Made by a program: the position numbers and the translations under genes
Part shown: piece after piece, positions 1 to 8,796 of the stretch
Position numbering within the stretch: position 1 is the first letter of the stretch
Layout: each line of letters opens with the position of its first letter
The notes under the pieces: generated by a model
Told to the model about the DNA's origin: nothing
Seen by the model: only the letters and a program-made list of their open reading frames with translations
The model's database searches: none
Virus record (IMG/VR): IMGVR_UViG_3300047496_000334
Coordinates: 2,106-66,105 of that record
Origin: a virus
Lineage: Duplodnaviria; Caudoviricetes
Reading direction: 5' to 3' (one strand)
DNA length: 64,000 nt

Positions 1-9
1 CAGTTTTAT

Positions 10-91
10 GGTGTGGGTGTCCAAAGTATCAGGTGGTTTGCAACCATTCGAGAAATAGCCAGAACGGTAAGCTACCGTGCCCACACCGCCA
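10..91 (+). ncRNA. tRNA-like element (non-canonical; possible pseudo-tRNA, TGC anticodon)
   Basis: GGTGTGGGT(10-18) pairs with GCCCACACC(79-87), followed by G-CCA(88-91); GGTGG-TTTGCAA-CCATT anticodon-like arm; ACGGT-AAGCT-ACCGT T-like arm; D-arm and T-loop are non-canonical. Confidence 0.35.
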
Positions 92-177
92 ACTAACAAC
101 TACCGGTACAGATAACAGGATAGATTATGGCGACACAATTATCGAGAGAGAACAAAACTAGATAGAGGATAGGGATA

Positions 178-414
178 ATGGCAAAAGTAGACTGTAGAAA
201 ATTACGAGCTGGCGACACTGTTCATTTTCGCTGTGGTGGTTCATGTTTAGTAGATGTAGCAAGCGATAGTATTGCTTATCCATTTGACGGTATATTCATA
301 AATTTTGTTGGAACAAATCATGGCATCAACGTCAAGAAGGATGGAAAACTCATTAGTCGTGCAATAAATCAGACAATTAAGAATTGTCCTTTTGACATTG
401 TAAAAGTAACTTGA
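178..414 (+). CDS. hypothetical phage protein
   Basis: 78 aa ORF with purine-rich RBS, first of a tightly packed + strand run. Confidence 0.6.
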   Translation: MAKVDCRKLRAGDTVHFRCGGSCLVDVASDSIAYPFDGIFINFVGTNHGINVKKDGKLISRAINQTIKNCPFDIVKVT

Positions 415-430
415 ACAAAGGATAGAGATA

Positions 431-658
431 ATGGCTGATGGTAAGGGATGTACCTGTTGCGCTTGGAATGCCAATGAGTGCGCTTGTGATGCTGATTGGA
501 CTCCGCAAGAAACTTATGATCTGCGTAAAGCTCTAAAAGCGGCACGGCATTTTATCCTTTATCGGCATAATATGGGTACAAAAACACGTGCTAAAAATCG
601 TATTCACGCTCTGCAATTAATAAATAAAGTTTTATCAACAAAGGGTTCAGAACAATGA
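431..658 (+). CDS. hypothetical Cys-rich phage protein
   Basis: GCTCCAWNANECAC-DADW N-terminus; stop overlaps next start (ATGA). Confidence 0.65.
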   Translation: MADGKGCTCCAWNANECACDADWTPQETYDLRKALKAARHFILYRHNMGTKTRAKNRIHALQLINKVLSTKGSEQ

Positions 659-846
659 AAGTATATCCTAATCCTCCATCAGAATTCTTGCCAGATGGTG
701 GCTTCACAGCACAAGACATTCGGCTTGGCAACCATTGGCTTAGAACGGATGTAGAATGCACAGAGTGCAAGCATGTGATGCCGCTTGCTATGGCTGGCTC
801 TACTGACAATGGCGTTTGCACCCGGTGTGGAGGAAAAACATCATGA
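655..846 (+). CDS. zinc-ribbon hypothetical protein
   Basis: CTEC...CTRC pairs; ATGA coupling on both sides. Confidence 0.65.
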   Translation: MKVYPNPPSEFLPDGGFTAQDIRLGNHWLRTDVECTECKHVMPLAMAGSTDNGVCTRCGGKTS

Positions 847-1058
847 CCAACGAATCGCTGAATCTGAAACCGTGTCCCTTTTGCGGAGAAAGCAAGATTA
901 TGATTCATCATAATGGTATTGGGGGATCTGAAACACCAGAAGATAGTTATAACGTTACCTGTCTTTATCCTGACTGTCATGGGACGATATTTGCTTTAGG
1001 GCATCATCAATTTAAGACAAAAAGCGAAGCTGTTGAAGCTTGGAACAGGAGGGTATAA
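843..1058 (+). CDS. Lar-family restriction alleviation-like protein
   Basis: LKPCPFCG ... C..C ... EAVEAWNRR signature; ATG at 843 overlaps upstream stop. Confidence 0.75.
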   Translation: MTNESLNLKPCPFCGESKIMIHHNGIGGSETPEDSYNVTCLYPDCHGTIFALGHHQFKTKSEAVEAWNRRV

Positions 1059-1633
1059 TGACTGAAACTCTTATTGATAAAATAAAATCCAGCATTTACG
1101 CGAAGCGTTTAACCCACATGATAGATCCAGGAGGCAATATGTGGATTGCTGCGCCTGAGATTTATGATCTTATCCGCCAGCACGAGCTTATGGAGACCCC
1201 TGCAATACCAGTTCCTCTGGAAACGGGGGAATTTGCCGAATATCCAAATAAGGCAAAGGCAGGGGCCTCCGCCAATCAAACATTGATTGATTTATTGCAT
1301 GAAATTACTGGGGTTGTTTTAGCTAGGAAGAACGATAGAGCATGGTCCGATAATACACCATATTACGATGGGCTGATTACACGCCTTCAAGCGGCACAAT
1401 CAACCCTTAAATCTATTGAGATTTCAGACAATGAGCCATCCGGCTATCATTACGATAATTTCAGGTATGAGAATAAATCAATACCAAGTGAGATTTCTGA
1501 TAACACGACAGAAGTGCTATGGGTAAAGCAACCCGTCACTGAAATGACTGAGGAAGAGGCCGAATATTGGCGACAGCATCAGCCAACTAATGAGCTATCC
1601 AAAGCTAAAGGCGATAAACATGATCGAGATTAG
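1058..1633 (+). CDS. hypothetical, mosaic-looking phage protein
   Basis: TAATG-coupled start; internal repeated EISDN peptide. Confidence 0.6.
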   Translation: MTETLIDKIKSSIYAKRLTHMIDPGGNMWIAAPEIYDLIRQHELMETPAIPVPLETGEFAEYPNKAKAGASANQTLIDLLHEITGVVLARKNDRAWSDNTPYYDGLITRLQAAQSTLKSIEISDNEPSGYHYDNFRYENKSIPSEISDNTTEVLWVKQPVTEMTEEEAEYWRQHQPTNELSKAKGDKHDRD

Positions 1634-1985
1634 ATGGCTTGTAAACAAAGACGGAACAAAAGTTCTTCAGTACAGCGAGTACGAGATGGACGAAGAGGGT
1701 GCGCGCAAAATCCCCGCCTTAATGCGCAGGCTTGGAGATAAGGGAATTGATATCAAAGACTTAGGCGTGCGCGCTAATAATCCTATTCAGTTTATTACGC
1801 CGTCTGGGAATATCGCGGACGGATATGATGCACGTATGTTGCCAGACTTATGTGCCGTGCTAATTGAGGCCGATAGAAAAAGGGCACTTGATAAACGTTA
1901 TACGCATTTAGCAGACCGTGCCGCGCGGCGTGGAATTCCCTGCCATAACTGTAACGAATCAACCGATGGTTCACAGAATGCCTGA
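1620..1985 (+). CDS. chimeric ORF containing a fragment of a P63C-family phage protein
   Basis: PIQFITPSGNIADGYDARMLPDLCAVLIEA resembles the region N-terminal to P63C domains; flanked by unrelated-looking ends. Confidence 0.5.
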   Translation: MIEIRWLVNKDGTKVLQYSEYEMDEEGARKIPALMRRLGDKGIDIKDLGVRANNPIQFITPSGNIADGYDARMLPDLCAVLIEADRKRALDKRYTHLADRAARRGIPCHNCNESTDGSQNA

Positions 1986-2169
1986 TTTTAGCATGTGCCA
2001 AGACATTCAATGTCCCGATGCTCGACGCTGCAAGCGTAGCATCATGATAACAAAAGCATCTGGATGGCAGTCTTTTACAGATTTCAAGCGCGAGCATGGA
2101 ATGGTGAACTGTTCCTATTTCTGGGACATCGCCCCACCATACGAGTATTCAGACGTGAAAACTAAATAG
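1978..2169 (+). CDS. small Cys-rich phage protein
   Basis: MPDFSMC....CP....CKR...CSYFW pattern common in phage early genes. Confidence 0.6.
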   Translation: MPDFSMCQDIQCPDARRCKRSIMITKASGWQSFTDFKREHGMVNCSYFWDIAPPYEYSDVKTK

Positions 2170-2204
2170 TTGACATTGTAAACCAAACATATTACACATA
2201 AGGC

Positions 2205-2402
2205 GTGAAAACAGATGAAGACCTACAAGCCGAGCTTTACGAGCTATGCAAAGACCGCCAAGGCAAATGGGCGAAAGAGCATGGATTCACCCGTGAGTAC
2301 ATCAATCAGGTGTGCAACGGTAAAAAGCCTATGACGAACGCGCTGGCGAAGATTCTTGGGTACAAGCGTGCCGAAGGCTGGGTAAAGAGAAAACCGAAGT
2401 AA
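2205..2402 (+). CDS. Cro/XRE-like HTH protein
   Basis: QGKWAKEHGFTREYINQVCNGKKP helix-turn-helix pattern; TTGACA at 2170-2175 upstream. Confidence 0.65.
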   Translation: MKTDEDLQAELYELCKDRQGKWAKEHGFTREYINQVCNGKKPMTNALAKILGYKRAEGWVKRKPK

Positions 2403-2614
2403 TGATATGGACGACAAAGATGGGGAAAGCAATGTGGGGTAAAATCAAATCATGCTGGATGATACTTAGGGGCCAAGGCGTTGTTATTCCTTACGCCACG
2501 CCTCATCAATACCGCGTATGGTACAATGAGAATAAGCAACAGATTGAAGCCATGAATATTCCTAACAAAGATTTCTATATAGCAGAGTTAACAAAGGCGA
2601 AGGAAAATTTATGA
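2402..2614 (+). CDS. hypothetical protein
   Basis: TAATG-coupled ORF. Confidence 0.5.
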   Translation: MIWTTKMGKAMWGKIKSCWMILRGQGVVIPYATPHQYRVWYNENKQQIEAMNIPNKDFYIAELTKAKENL

Positions 2615-2828
2615 ACGGTACAGATTTGAATGATATTACGCCCTGCTGCAATTATAAAATTGACTATGCTGGCGGGGATAGGGGCCGATATTTTGGAATG
2701 GCTTCAATAATGTTGTGCAATGCCACAATTGCGGGCATGTTTTTGATATGCGAAAGGCAAAAGATAAGAGGATTATGATTGAATATACCATGCCTATCCG
2801 CTTAACACCCAACCAGACTAGGGATTGA
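2611..2828 (+). pseudogene. frameshifted zinc-finger-type phage gene
   Basis: MNGTDLNDITPCC..GDRG joins PIFWNGFNNVVQCHNCGHVF...MPIRLTPNQTRD* if one base is added at the G run 2681-2684. Confidence 0.5.
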
Positions 2829-2829
2829 T
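2787..2829 (+). repeat. right-half copy of dispersed inverted-repeat element
   Basis: 39/43 nt identical to 61066-61108. Confidence 0.9.
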
Positions 2830-3147
2830 ATGCAGGTTGCTGCTTTATTCGTACAAACTGATGGATGCTATTTCGGATTGTCTGGTGTTGACCCTTGGGA
2901 CGAGAAACGCGATGCGCGTAAATATCCAGGCCCACACCCTGTAATTGCCCACCCTCCATGCCAACGATGGGGTAAAATGTGGATGGGTTCGCCTTCTTAC
3001 GTTGCCAAAACAGGCATAAGGAAAAAGAAGGGCGATGACAACGGGTGCTTTGGCTCCCCTAGAGAGTTTCGGTATATGCATCCTCCCGCAAAGATGAATG
3101 CATATATGACGCAGATGTGTTCGATCTGCCTGTGGTCACCAACCTGA
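2830..3147 (+). pseudogene. truncated DNA cytosine-methyltransferase-like protein
   Basis: VAALFV..DG.Y...VDPWD..RDAR.Y.GP.PVIAHPPCQRWG with PC motif; similarity appears to stop after GDDNGCF. Confidence 0.5.
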
Positions 3148-3160
3148 TAATTTGGAGTAG

Positions 3161-3418
3161 ATGATGGAATGGCAACCGATAGAAACAATACCGCATGGTG
3201 AAGCCGTGCTAGTTCACCGACCGGGGATGAGGGATGGAGTGGATGTAGCTTCGTTCTACCCTGCTGAAGATGGTATGGAAGAACATTGGTGGACATCTGG
3301 TGGCCCTAATGCTGGGAGCGATTACACCCTCTCACCAGAAGAGAAATACACCCATTGGATGCCCCTGCCTGAATTACCAGTAACCGAAGCAAAGCATGGA
3401 GTGAAGTATGACAATTAG
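3161..3418 (+). CDS. DUF551-like phage protein
   Basis: WQPIETIP ... THWMPLPELP signature. Confidence 0.75.
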   Translation: MMEWQPIETIPHGEAVLVHRPGMRDGVDVASFYPAEDGMEEHWWTSGGPNAGSDYTLSPEEKYTHWMPLPELPVTEAKHGVKYDN

Positions 3419-3530
3419 AGAGTGTTTTATATTTGCATTTGGCGCGGCATTAACAGGCTTCGGGGTTATTTTCGGAATCGGCGCAGCGGCGGTTGCTCTT
3501 GTTAGTATAATCAGATTCATTAACGGATAA
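3408..3530 (+). CDS. small single-pass membrane protein
   Basis: 40 aa hydrophobic ORF (MTIRECFIFAFGAALTGFGVIFGIGAAAVALVSIIRFING), read manually. Confidence 0.5.
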   Translation: MTIRECFIFAFGAALTGFGVIFGIGAAAVALVSIIRFING

Positions 3531-3542
3531 CTGGTAGGGAAC

Positions 3543-3875
3543 ATGCCACAGCAGAAACCGATTAAACCCGAATATCAGGCATGGCGCAGGCGCGTTGAAG
3601 GCCAAATAAGGCATACTATTAACGAGCATCCAGAATGGTTCAACCTTCCGAATGAAAAAATCTATGATCGTTGCGTTCGCTCTATGGCGAAACGTATAAT
3701 AGGAGAGATTGTTGCTGGAACTAATCCTGGCGACAAATCCAAGGGAAATGCAATAACGAGTGTCTTTCTTTGGACAAGATTACTGTGCAACTTTTGGAGT
3801 GCAGTAACACGGGCGGTTGGTGGAACTCCGACTGCTGACCGTCCGTCTTCAACCAACAACGGGGAAAGCAAATGA
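3543..3875 (+). CDS. hypothetical protein
   Basis: 110 aa ORF with RBS. Confidence 0.55.
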   Translation: MPQQKPIKPEYQAWRRRVEGQIRHTINEHPEWFNLPNEKIYDRCVRSMAKRIIGEIVAGTNPGDKSKGNAITSVFLWTRLLCNFWSAVTRAVGGTPTADRPSSTNNGESK

Positions 3876-4036
3876 ACTGGCAAACAAAAGAAATCCTCGA
3901 AAAAGCCGTGAAGACAATAGCCGATGAAGGGGTTTTTACCCTTGATCAGATAACCCTTTTGTCAAAAATGTTATCTTGTATAGCCGCTGCCATTGAGAAA
4001 GAGGCAGATATGAACAAGCCATCAGTAACACTCTAA
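3872..4036 (+). CDS. hypothetical protein
   Basis: 54 aa ORF (MNWQTKEILEK...), ATGA coupled, read manually. Confidence 0.5.
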   Translation: MNWQTKEILEKAVKTIADEGVFTLDQITLLSKMLSCIAAAIEKEADMNKPSVTL

Positions 4037-4048
4037 CCGCGTGGTAAT

Positions 4049-4270
4049 ATGATGACCGAATGGTATTTAAAGCAAAGATGGTTCGCAGTGATACCCGATA
4101 AGGGATTTATTCATGAGATGATGCCTATGCAAAAAGAGGGCAAGATGATGGATTTATTAAACGACCCAGTTACCTATAATATCCGTGGCATACCGTCATA
4201 CTATGACGAAAAAGGACGCGTTTGGCCGCTTCCCTGCAATGACGTTATAATCACAAAAACAGATCAATAG
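4049..4270 (+). CDS. hypothetical protein
   Basis: 73 aa ORF converging on the primase stop. Confidence 0.5.
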   Translation: MMTEWYLKQRWFAVIPDKGFIHEMMPMQKEGKMMDLLNDPVTYNIRGIPSYYDEKGRVWPLPCNDVIITKTDQ

Positions 4271-4271
4271 C

Positions 4272-6518
4272 CTAAGATGCCAGACTAATATCCTGTATTA
4301 TTTTATAATATGTTTTAGGTCTGCCGCCTTCTGATAATTTTTCCACATCCAGCACTTCCTGTTCGATTAGACTATTCAGTATTTCATCGAGCTCGCGCTT
4401 TTTAAGTTTTCTGAATTTGCGCATAATATCCCTGCGCCCCATCTTTCCGCCTTCTGCGATAATGGCGTTGACAATATCGTTGTTGCTTTCTTCCTGCTGG
4501 TTTTCGCTCATATGATTGCCGGCAAGCGAGGTAAGATATTCAACAGATGATTCCACTATCATCTGCGCTATGTCAAAATCCTCTTTTTCAAATTGCGGCG
4601 AGTCCATGTTCCTTGCAATGGCAAAAATCATGGCAATCTTTACAGTATTTTCAAAAAGACGACCCCATAAGTGGCGCAGCGGTGAATTTCCAGAAACCTT
4701 GTCTACCTGCCTGCATTGAATGGCATATTGGATATCGTCGCATTTGCCCCAGGGGATTAAAATGGGATCTGGCGCTATTTGAGAATTGTTTATCATTACA
4801 CCTATGCTATCTCCCAATTTAGCAGAAAATGCCCCCCATCTATCAAGCAAATTCTGATCTATTTCATATTCCGGCATTTTACGATCCGGATATTCCTTAT
4901 CCGGGCGACCTCGAATGGTTATGAATCTGTTTAACTCTCCGCTTTCTATTGCAGATTTTTTAAGAGACTTGGCATATTTCTCTTCTGTAGAAGTTCCATA
5001 AATACATAAATTCGGATAATGGATTATAATAGGCTCTGCTTTTGCATCTGCATAATCGCCATGATTATAAATACTGTTAGAAGAGCTGTATAGCTTCAAA
5101 AGAATCTTGGCTTGTGACCGGATATAATGCGGGGATTTTTCATCAGAAATGCCTTGTAAAAAATGCCCAAATTCGTCCAGCATCATAATCTGACTGGAAT
5201 TGTTCATAAGCCCGCGCAGCATACCTGAATCAGAGCGAATGTCATCCGCTCCAATCCGTGCGTCCAGCCCGCAGGCATGTGCAAGGTCTTTTATAGATTT
5301 GCGCGAGTGATCTTTTCCGTCGCCTGTATTTGCTATGCCAACCGCATATAAATTAGTGCGCGTGTTAAGCGGGGACTTATATCTGCGTCCGAATACAGCG
5401 CCTGCAAAGGCAAGTGTGTTTATCAAGGCAAGTTCCGGCTGCTTTCTTATTGCATACTTGGTAATCCATCTTACGGTATCGCCAATAAGACCTGGCGTTT
5501 CTATAGCATTGAAGCATAAAGACAGGGCAGATGATTTTTTTTCTGCAGGATTTAATATAGCCTGAGCTTTTCGGACTAAAGGCTCTACATTTGACGTATC
5601 GACAGCAGGTCGCTCTTTAAGCGATGGCTTCCATCCATTCAGGGTTGCGCGATTAACCAGTGTGCCCATGGTAATGCCGTGATTGGCTGTAAATCCATGC
5701 CAGCGTTTTTCGCAATCCCCGTTTTCAAATTTTTCGCCCGTGCGGCTCCATGAATCCCATATACTGAGTGGAAAGCCGCCTGAATGAAGCGCCATGCCTG
5801 TTTTAAGCCATTCATCGTAAGGCGTGTCAGGATCTATGGTGTCCAGCATTTTCTGGACATCCTCAATGCTCCATTCCGATCGAGCACCTGTTGAATGATC
5901 TCTGGACAGCGGCTTTCTATCTTCTTTTTTAGGAGCCTGAATTATATCCAGCAGCCATTGAGAAGCATCTGCTGTTTTTGACGTGCTGGTTTCAGTGAAT
6001 TTGTATACCTTGCCAGATACATGATTTGAAGGGGGCGCTACGACATAGCCATTTTGCCCCCTGATATCGAGGCCTGGCATAAATTCAGTGCGGTTTTTTA
6101 TCTCAATGTCTTTGGGATAATTAAACCACAAATGCACTCCTGAATTAGTTTCCACTATAACAGTTGGAGGCAAGTCACCGTAAGTATTTATAAGCTTATC
6201 GAGCGATTCAAATCCACCTTTATTGCCATCCACATCCAGTGCAAAAAATCCTGATACAGAGCCGGTCACAACGCCAATGTTTAAATCTGCGCGATACTGA
6301 AAAAGAGCGGCTATTTCTTCAATATTGGTACTGGCGTCCTTAAGTCCGTTTTTAGTAAACGGATGCTTACCGGCAGATTTGGAACAATCTGACTTTTTGC
6401 AGGTGCATTTGCCATTCACGATGCCATGCAGAGGGATAATGGCACAGCCCTTATAAGCTGCAGCATATTGCCCAATAGGTGAAGCAAGCCACGCAACCAG
6501 CGCGTCATCCATAAGCAC
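4272..6518 (-). CDS. bifunctional primase-polymerase (Prim-Pol) + PriCT-2 + DUF3987-like helicase/ATPase
   Basis: GKHP, NIGVVTG..FFALDVD, GVHLWF, LDIRG..GYVVAPPS; YDEWLKTGMALH...WDSWS (PriCT-2); Walker A-like TGDGK and LDEFG. Confidence 0.9.
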   Translation of the reverse strand: MLMDDALVAWLASPIGQYAAAYKGCAIIPLHGIVNGKCTCKKSDCSKSAGKHPFTKNGLKDASTNIEEIAALFQYRADLNIGVVTGSVSGFFALDVDGNKGGFESLDKLINTYGDLPPTVIVETNSGVHLWFNYPKDIEIKNRTEFMPGLDIRGQNGYVVAPPSNHVSGKVYKFTETSTSKTADASQWLLDIIQAPKKEDRKPLSRDHSTGARSEWSIEDVQKMLDTIDPDTPYDEWLKTGMALHSGGFPLSIWDSWSRTGEKFENGDCEKRWHGFTANHGITMGTLVNRATLNGWKPSLKERPAVDTSNVEPLVRKAQAILNPAEKKSSALSLCFNAIETPGLIGDTVRWITKYAIRKQPELALINTLAFAGAVFGRRYKSPLNTRTNLYAVGIANTGDGKDHSRKSIKDLAHACGLDARIGADDIRSDSGMLRGLMNNSSQIMMLDEFGHFLQGISDEKSPHYIRSQAKILLKLYSSSNSIYNHGDYADAKAEPIIIHYPNLCIYGTSTEEKYAKSLKKSAIESGELNRFITIRGRPDKEYPDRKMPEYEIDQNLLDRWGAFSAKLGDSIGVMINNSQIAPDPILIPWGKCDDIQYAIQCRQVDKVSGNSPLRHLWGRLFENTVKIAMIFAIARNMDSPQFEKEDFDIAQMIVESSVEYLTSLAGNHMSENQQEESNNDIVNAIIAEGGKMGRRDIMRKFRKLKKRELDEILNSLIEQEVLDVEKLSEGGRPKTYYKIIQDISLAS

Positions 6519-6535
6519 GCTCCCCGGTAGTCTTA

Positions 6536-6688
6536 TTATTTTTTAGTCGTGGTGTTATTCTGCTTGGTTTCCAGGAGCAGCTCCGTCAATATGCTGCTTG
6601 CAGAACGCCGCTTCTTTTTGGCTATGGCATCCAGCCATTTTACGATATCATGCGGAAGGCAGTAGCACTTTGAAATAACCTGTCTCAT
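6536..6688 (-). CDS. ribbon-helix-helix (CopG-like) regulator
   Basis: 50 aa; CYCLPHDIVKWLDAIAKKKRRSASSILTELL beta-alpha-alpha pattern. Confidence 0.65.
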   Translation of the reverse strand: MRQVISKCYCLPHDIVKWLDAIAKKKRRSASSILTELLLETKQNNTTTKK

Positions 6689-6717
6689 CTTTTTTCCCGT
6701 TGCTGTTAAAATTATTA

Positions 6718-6746
6718 TTGACATTCCATAACGACTACATTATAGT
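6718..6746 (+). promoter_or_regulatory. sigma70-type promoter for the recombination/replication operon
   Basis: TTGACA-17 nt-TATAGT; overlapped by a divergent TTGACT(6765-6760)-17 nt-TAATGT on the minus strand. Confidence 0.75.
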
Positions 6747-6798
6747 CTTCAAACAAATTAGTCAATAACTTTTTCAAACCCAAACAAGGAAATATGCT

Positions 6799-7242
6799 AT
6801 GCCATGCCAATCCCCCGATTTAACCAAACTTAGTGATGCAGAAATCATTGAACATTTATTAGAAGCAGAAACAGATAAGACTGCTGCCGATTTAGCAATG
6901 AAAAAGCTAAAAAACGAGATTCTGAACCGTCATGCTGTCTTAATCAAAGCAGCTTACAGTAACAAATCTGAGCCATTTGGTGTAATTAATCTTCCTGTTG
7001 GTGGAAAGATTGTTAAATTTGACACTCCCAAAAAGGTAAAATGGGCGCAAGACAAGCTTGAGTCTCTGTGGAAACAAATGGAAGCAGATGGCGCCGACCC
7101 CAAATCTTATATCAAAGTCGAGTATAGCGTCAGTGAAACTGCATTCAAGGAATGGGGCAATAATTTGAAATCATATTTTACTGCGGCGCGAACTGTCGAG
7201 GCGGGGAATGTGTCTATTAAAATCGAAGAGGAAAAAGCATAA
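6799..7242 (+). CDS. hypothetical protein of the recombination module
   Basis: 147 aa, directly upstream of the AAA_24-like gene, TAATG coupled. Confidence 0.75.
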   Translation: MPCQSPDLTKLSDAEIIEHLLEAETDKTAADLAMKKLKNEILNRHAVLIKAAYSNKSEPFGVINLPVGGKIVKFDTPKKVKWAQDKLESLWKQMEADGADPKSYIKVEYSVSETAFKEWGNNLKSYFTAARTVEAGNVSIKIEEEKA

Positions 7243-8126
7243 TGGCCATATCGTTAAAATCTATTCAAACCGGCATTACGGCAGATCCGCCTGTAATTAC
7301 GATTCATTCAGACGAGGGAATAGGCAAGTCTACCTTTGCTGCCAATGCTCCAAATCCTGTTTTTATCCCTACGGAAAACAGTTTGGGAAATCTTAATGTT
7401 TCAAGGTTTCCACTGGCAAAGACATATGAAGATGTCATGATGAGCATTCAGGCGCTTTTATCGGAGGAGCATGATTATAAATGCGCCGTATTTGATACGC
7501 TGGACTGGTTTGAGCCCATGGTATGGAATTACCTAATGCGCCAGCAGCCAACCAATGAGAAGGGTATGCCGGTCAAAAATGTGGAAGATTATGGCTATGG
7601 GAAGGGCTATAAGCTGGCTATTGATTACTGGAATGATTTTATTGCATTTACCGATCGCCTGCGTTTTGAAAAAGATATGATGATTATCTATGTTATTCAT
7701 TCTGCTATTCGTAAGGTAACGCCTCCCGATATGGACAGCTTCGATTGTTATATGCCCAAGCTCCAGGACGCAGAAAAAACCAGCGCCAAGGATAAGCTGG
7801 TAGAGCATAGCGATATTGTTATGTTCGCTAACTGGCGTACCGCTTTAACGGGTGAAAAGCTAGGGTTTGGCGCTTCACGCAATCGCGCTGTAGGCTCTGG
7901 AGAGCGTATCGTATACACAGAGGCGCGCCCTGCATGGTCAGCAAAGAACCGTTACAGCTTGCCGCCGCAGATTGAAGTAAAAGACCCTAATTGGCAGGAT
8001 GTCTGGGGAGTGCTGGCCGCCAATATCCCTTGGTTCAAGCAATTCATGCCGCCTGCCATTGCCGTGCCTACGCCTGAACAGACCGCTAATATCGTAGAAT
8101 TAACCAATCAATCAAAAGGACAATAA
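7242..8126 (+). CDS. Sak4-like AAA_24 ATPase (ssDNA annealing)
   Basis: EGIGKSTFA Walker A, VFDTLDW Walker B, YGYGKGY, AKNRY motifs. Confidence 0.85.
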   Translation: MAISLKSIQTGITADPPVITIHSDEGIGKSTFAANAPNPVFIPTENSLGNLNVSRFPLAKTYEDVMMSIQALLSEEHDYKCAVFDTLDWFEPMVWNYLMRQQPTNEKGMPVKNVEDYGYGKGYKLAIDYWNDFIAFTDRLRFEKDMMIIYVIHSAIRKVTPPDMDSFDCYMPKLQDAEKTSAKDKLVEHSDIVMFANWRTALTGEKLGFGASRNRAVGSGERIVYTEARPAWSAKNRYSLPPQIEVKDPNWQDVWGVLAANIPWFKQFMPPAIAVPTPEQTANIVELTNQSKGQ

Positions 8127-8127
8127 C

Positions 8128-8694
8128 ATGGCCTATATCGGAATTGACAGCACACAATATGAACGTACCGCACCGCAGGGCGGTCCACTGCCTCCCGGCG
8201 TGTATACCATGACTGTTGTGCGTGTTCAGCAGAAGGAAACAAATGACAAGACCGGGGTATACGAGGAAGTAGAGTTCGATATTTCGCAACCTACCCAATT
8301 CAGCAATCGTAAATTCTGGGATCGCTTTAATATTATCAATAAAAGTGTAGTGGCTACGCGCATTGGCAAAGAAGCGATTGCTGATTTGGCCAAGGCTTGT
8401 GGCATTCACGGCCTTCTTAACTATGAGGGGGAATTGCTTGGCAAGACAGTTCAGGCACGGCTTATTGTAAAGCCTTCTAACAATCTCAAATATCCTAAGC
8501 CAAAAAATGAGTGCCGTAAATACTATCCGGTAGGCGTGGATGCTGATGCTGAGGATAAAAAGGGTAAGGGCGCTGTAGTAACGGTACAGGCTACTGCCAC
8601 GGCAAATCCAAGTTGGAATACAGCCGGGACTCCGCCAGTTCAGGCAGAAACAGTTGCGACACCATCTTCTGCAGCGCCATGGCTGAAAAAGTAG
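8128..8694 (+). CDS. DUF669-like ssDNA-binding protein
   Basis: PLPPGVY N-terminus, RKFWDRFN, low-complexity tail ending APWLKK; follows the Sak4-like gene. Confidence 0.75.
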   Translation: MAYIGIDSTQYERTAPQGGPLPPGVYTMTVVRVQQKETNDKTGVYEEVEFDISQPTQFSNRKFWDRFNIINKSVVATRIGKEAIADLAKACGIHGLLNYEGELLGKTVQARLIVKPSNNLKYPKPKNECRKYYPVGVDADAEDKKGKGAVVTVQATATANPSWNTAGTPPVQAETVATPSSAAPWLKK

Positions 8695-8719
8695 ATTAAT
8701 AGATTCCGCCCCATAACTT

Positions 8720-8773
8720 GGCAAAGGAAGTGGGGATGCAAACGGAAATGAGGTTGCACTCTATTCCTTTGCC
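8720..8773 (+). terminator. long intergenic hairpin (terminator or RNase III-type site)
   Basis: GGCAAAGGAAGTGGGGATGCAA ... TTGCACTCTATTCCTTTGCC imperfect stem followed by a T-rich tract. Confidence 0.5.
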
Positions 8774-8796
8774 GTATTTATTTTGAGGAAAATTTC

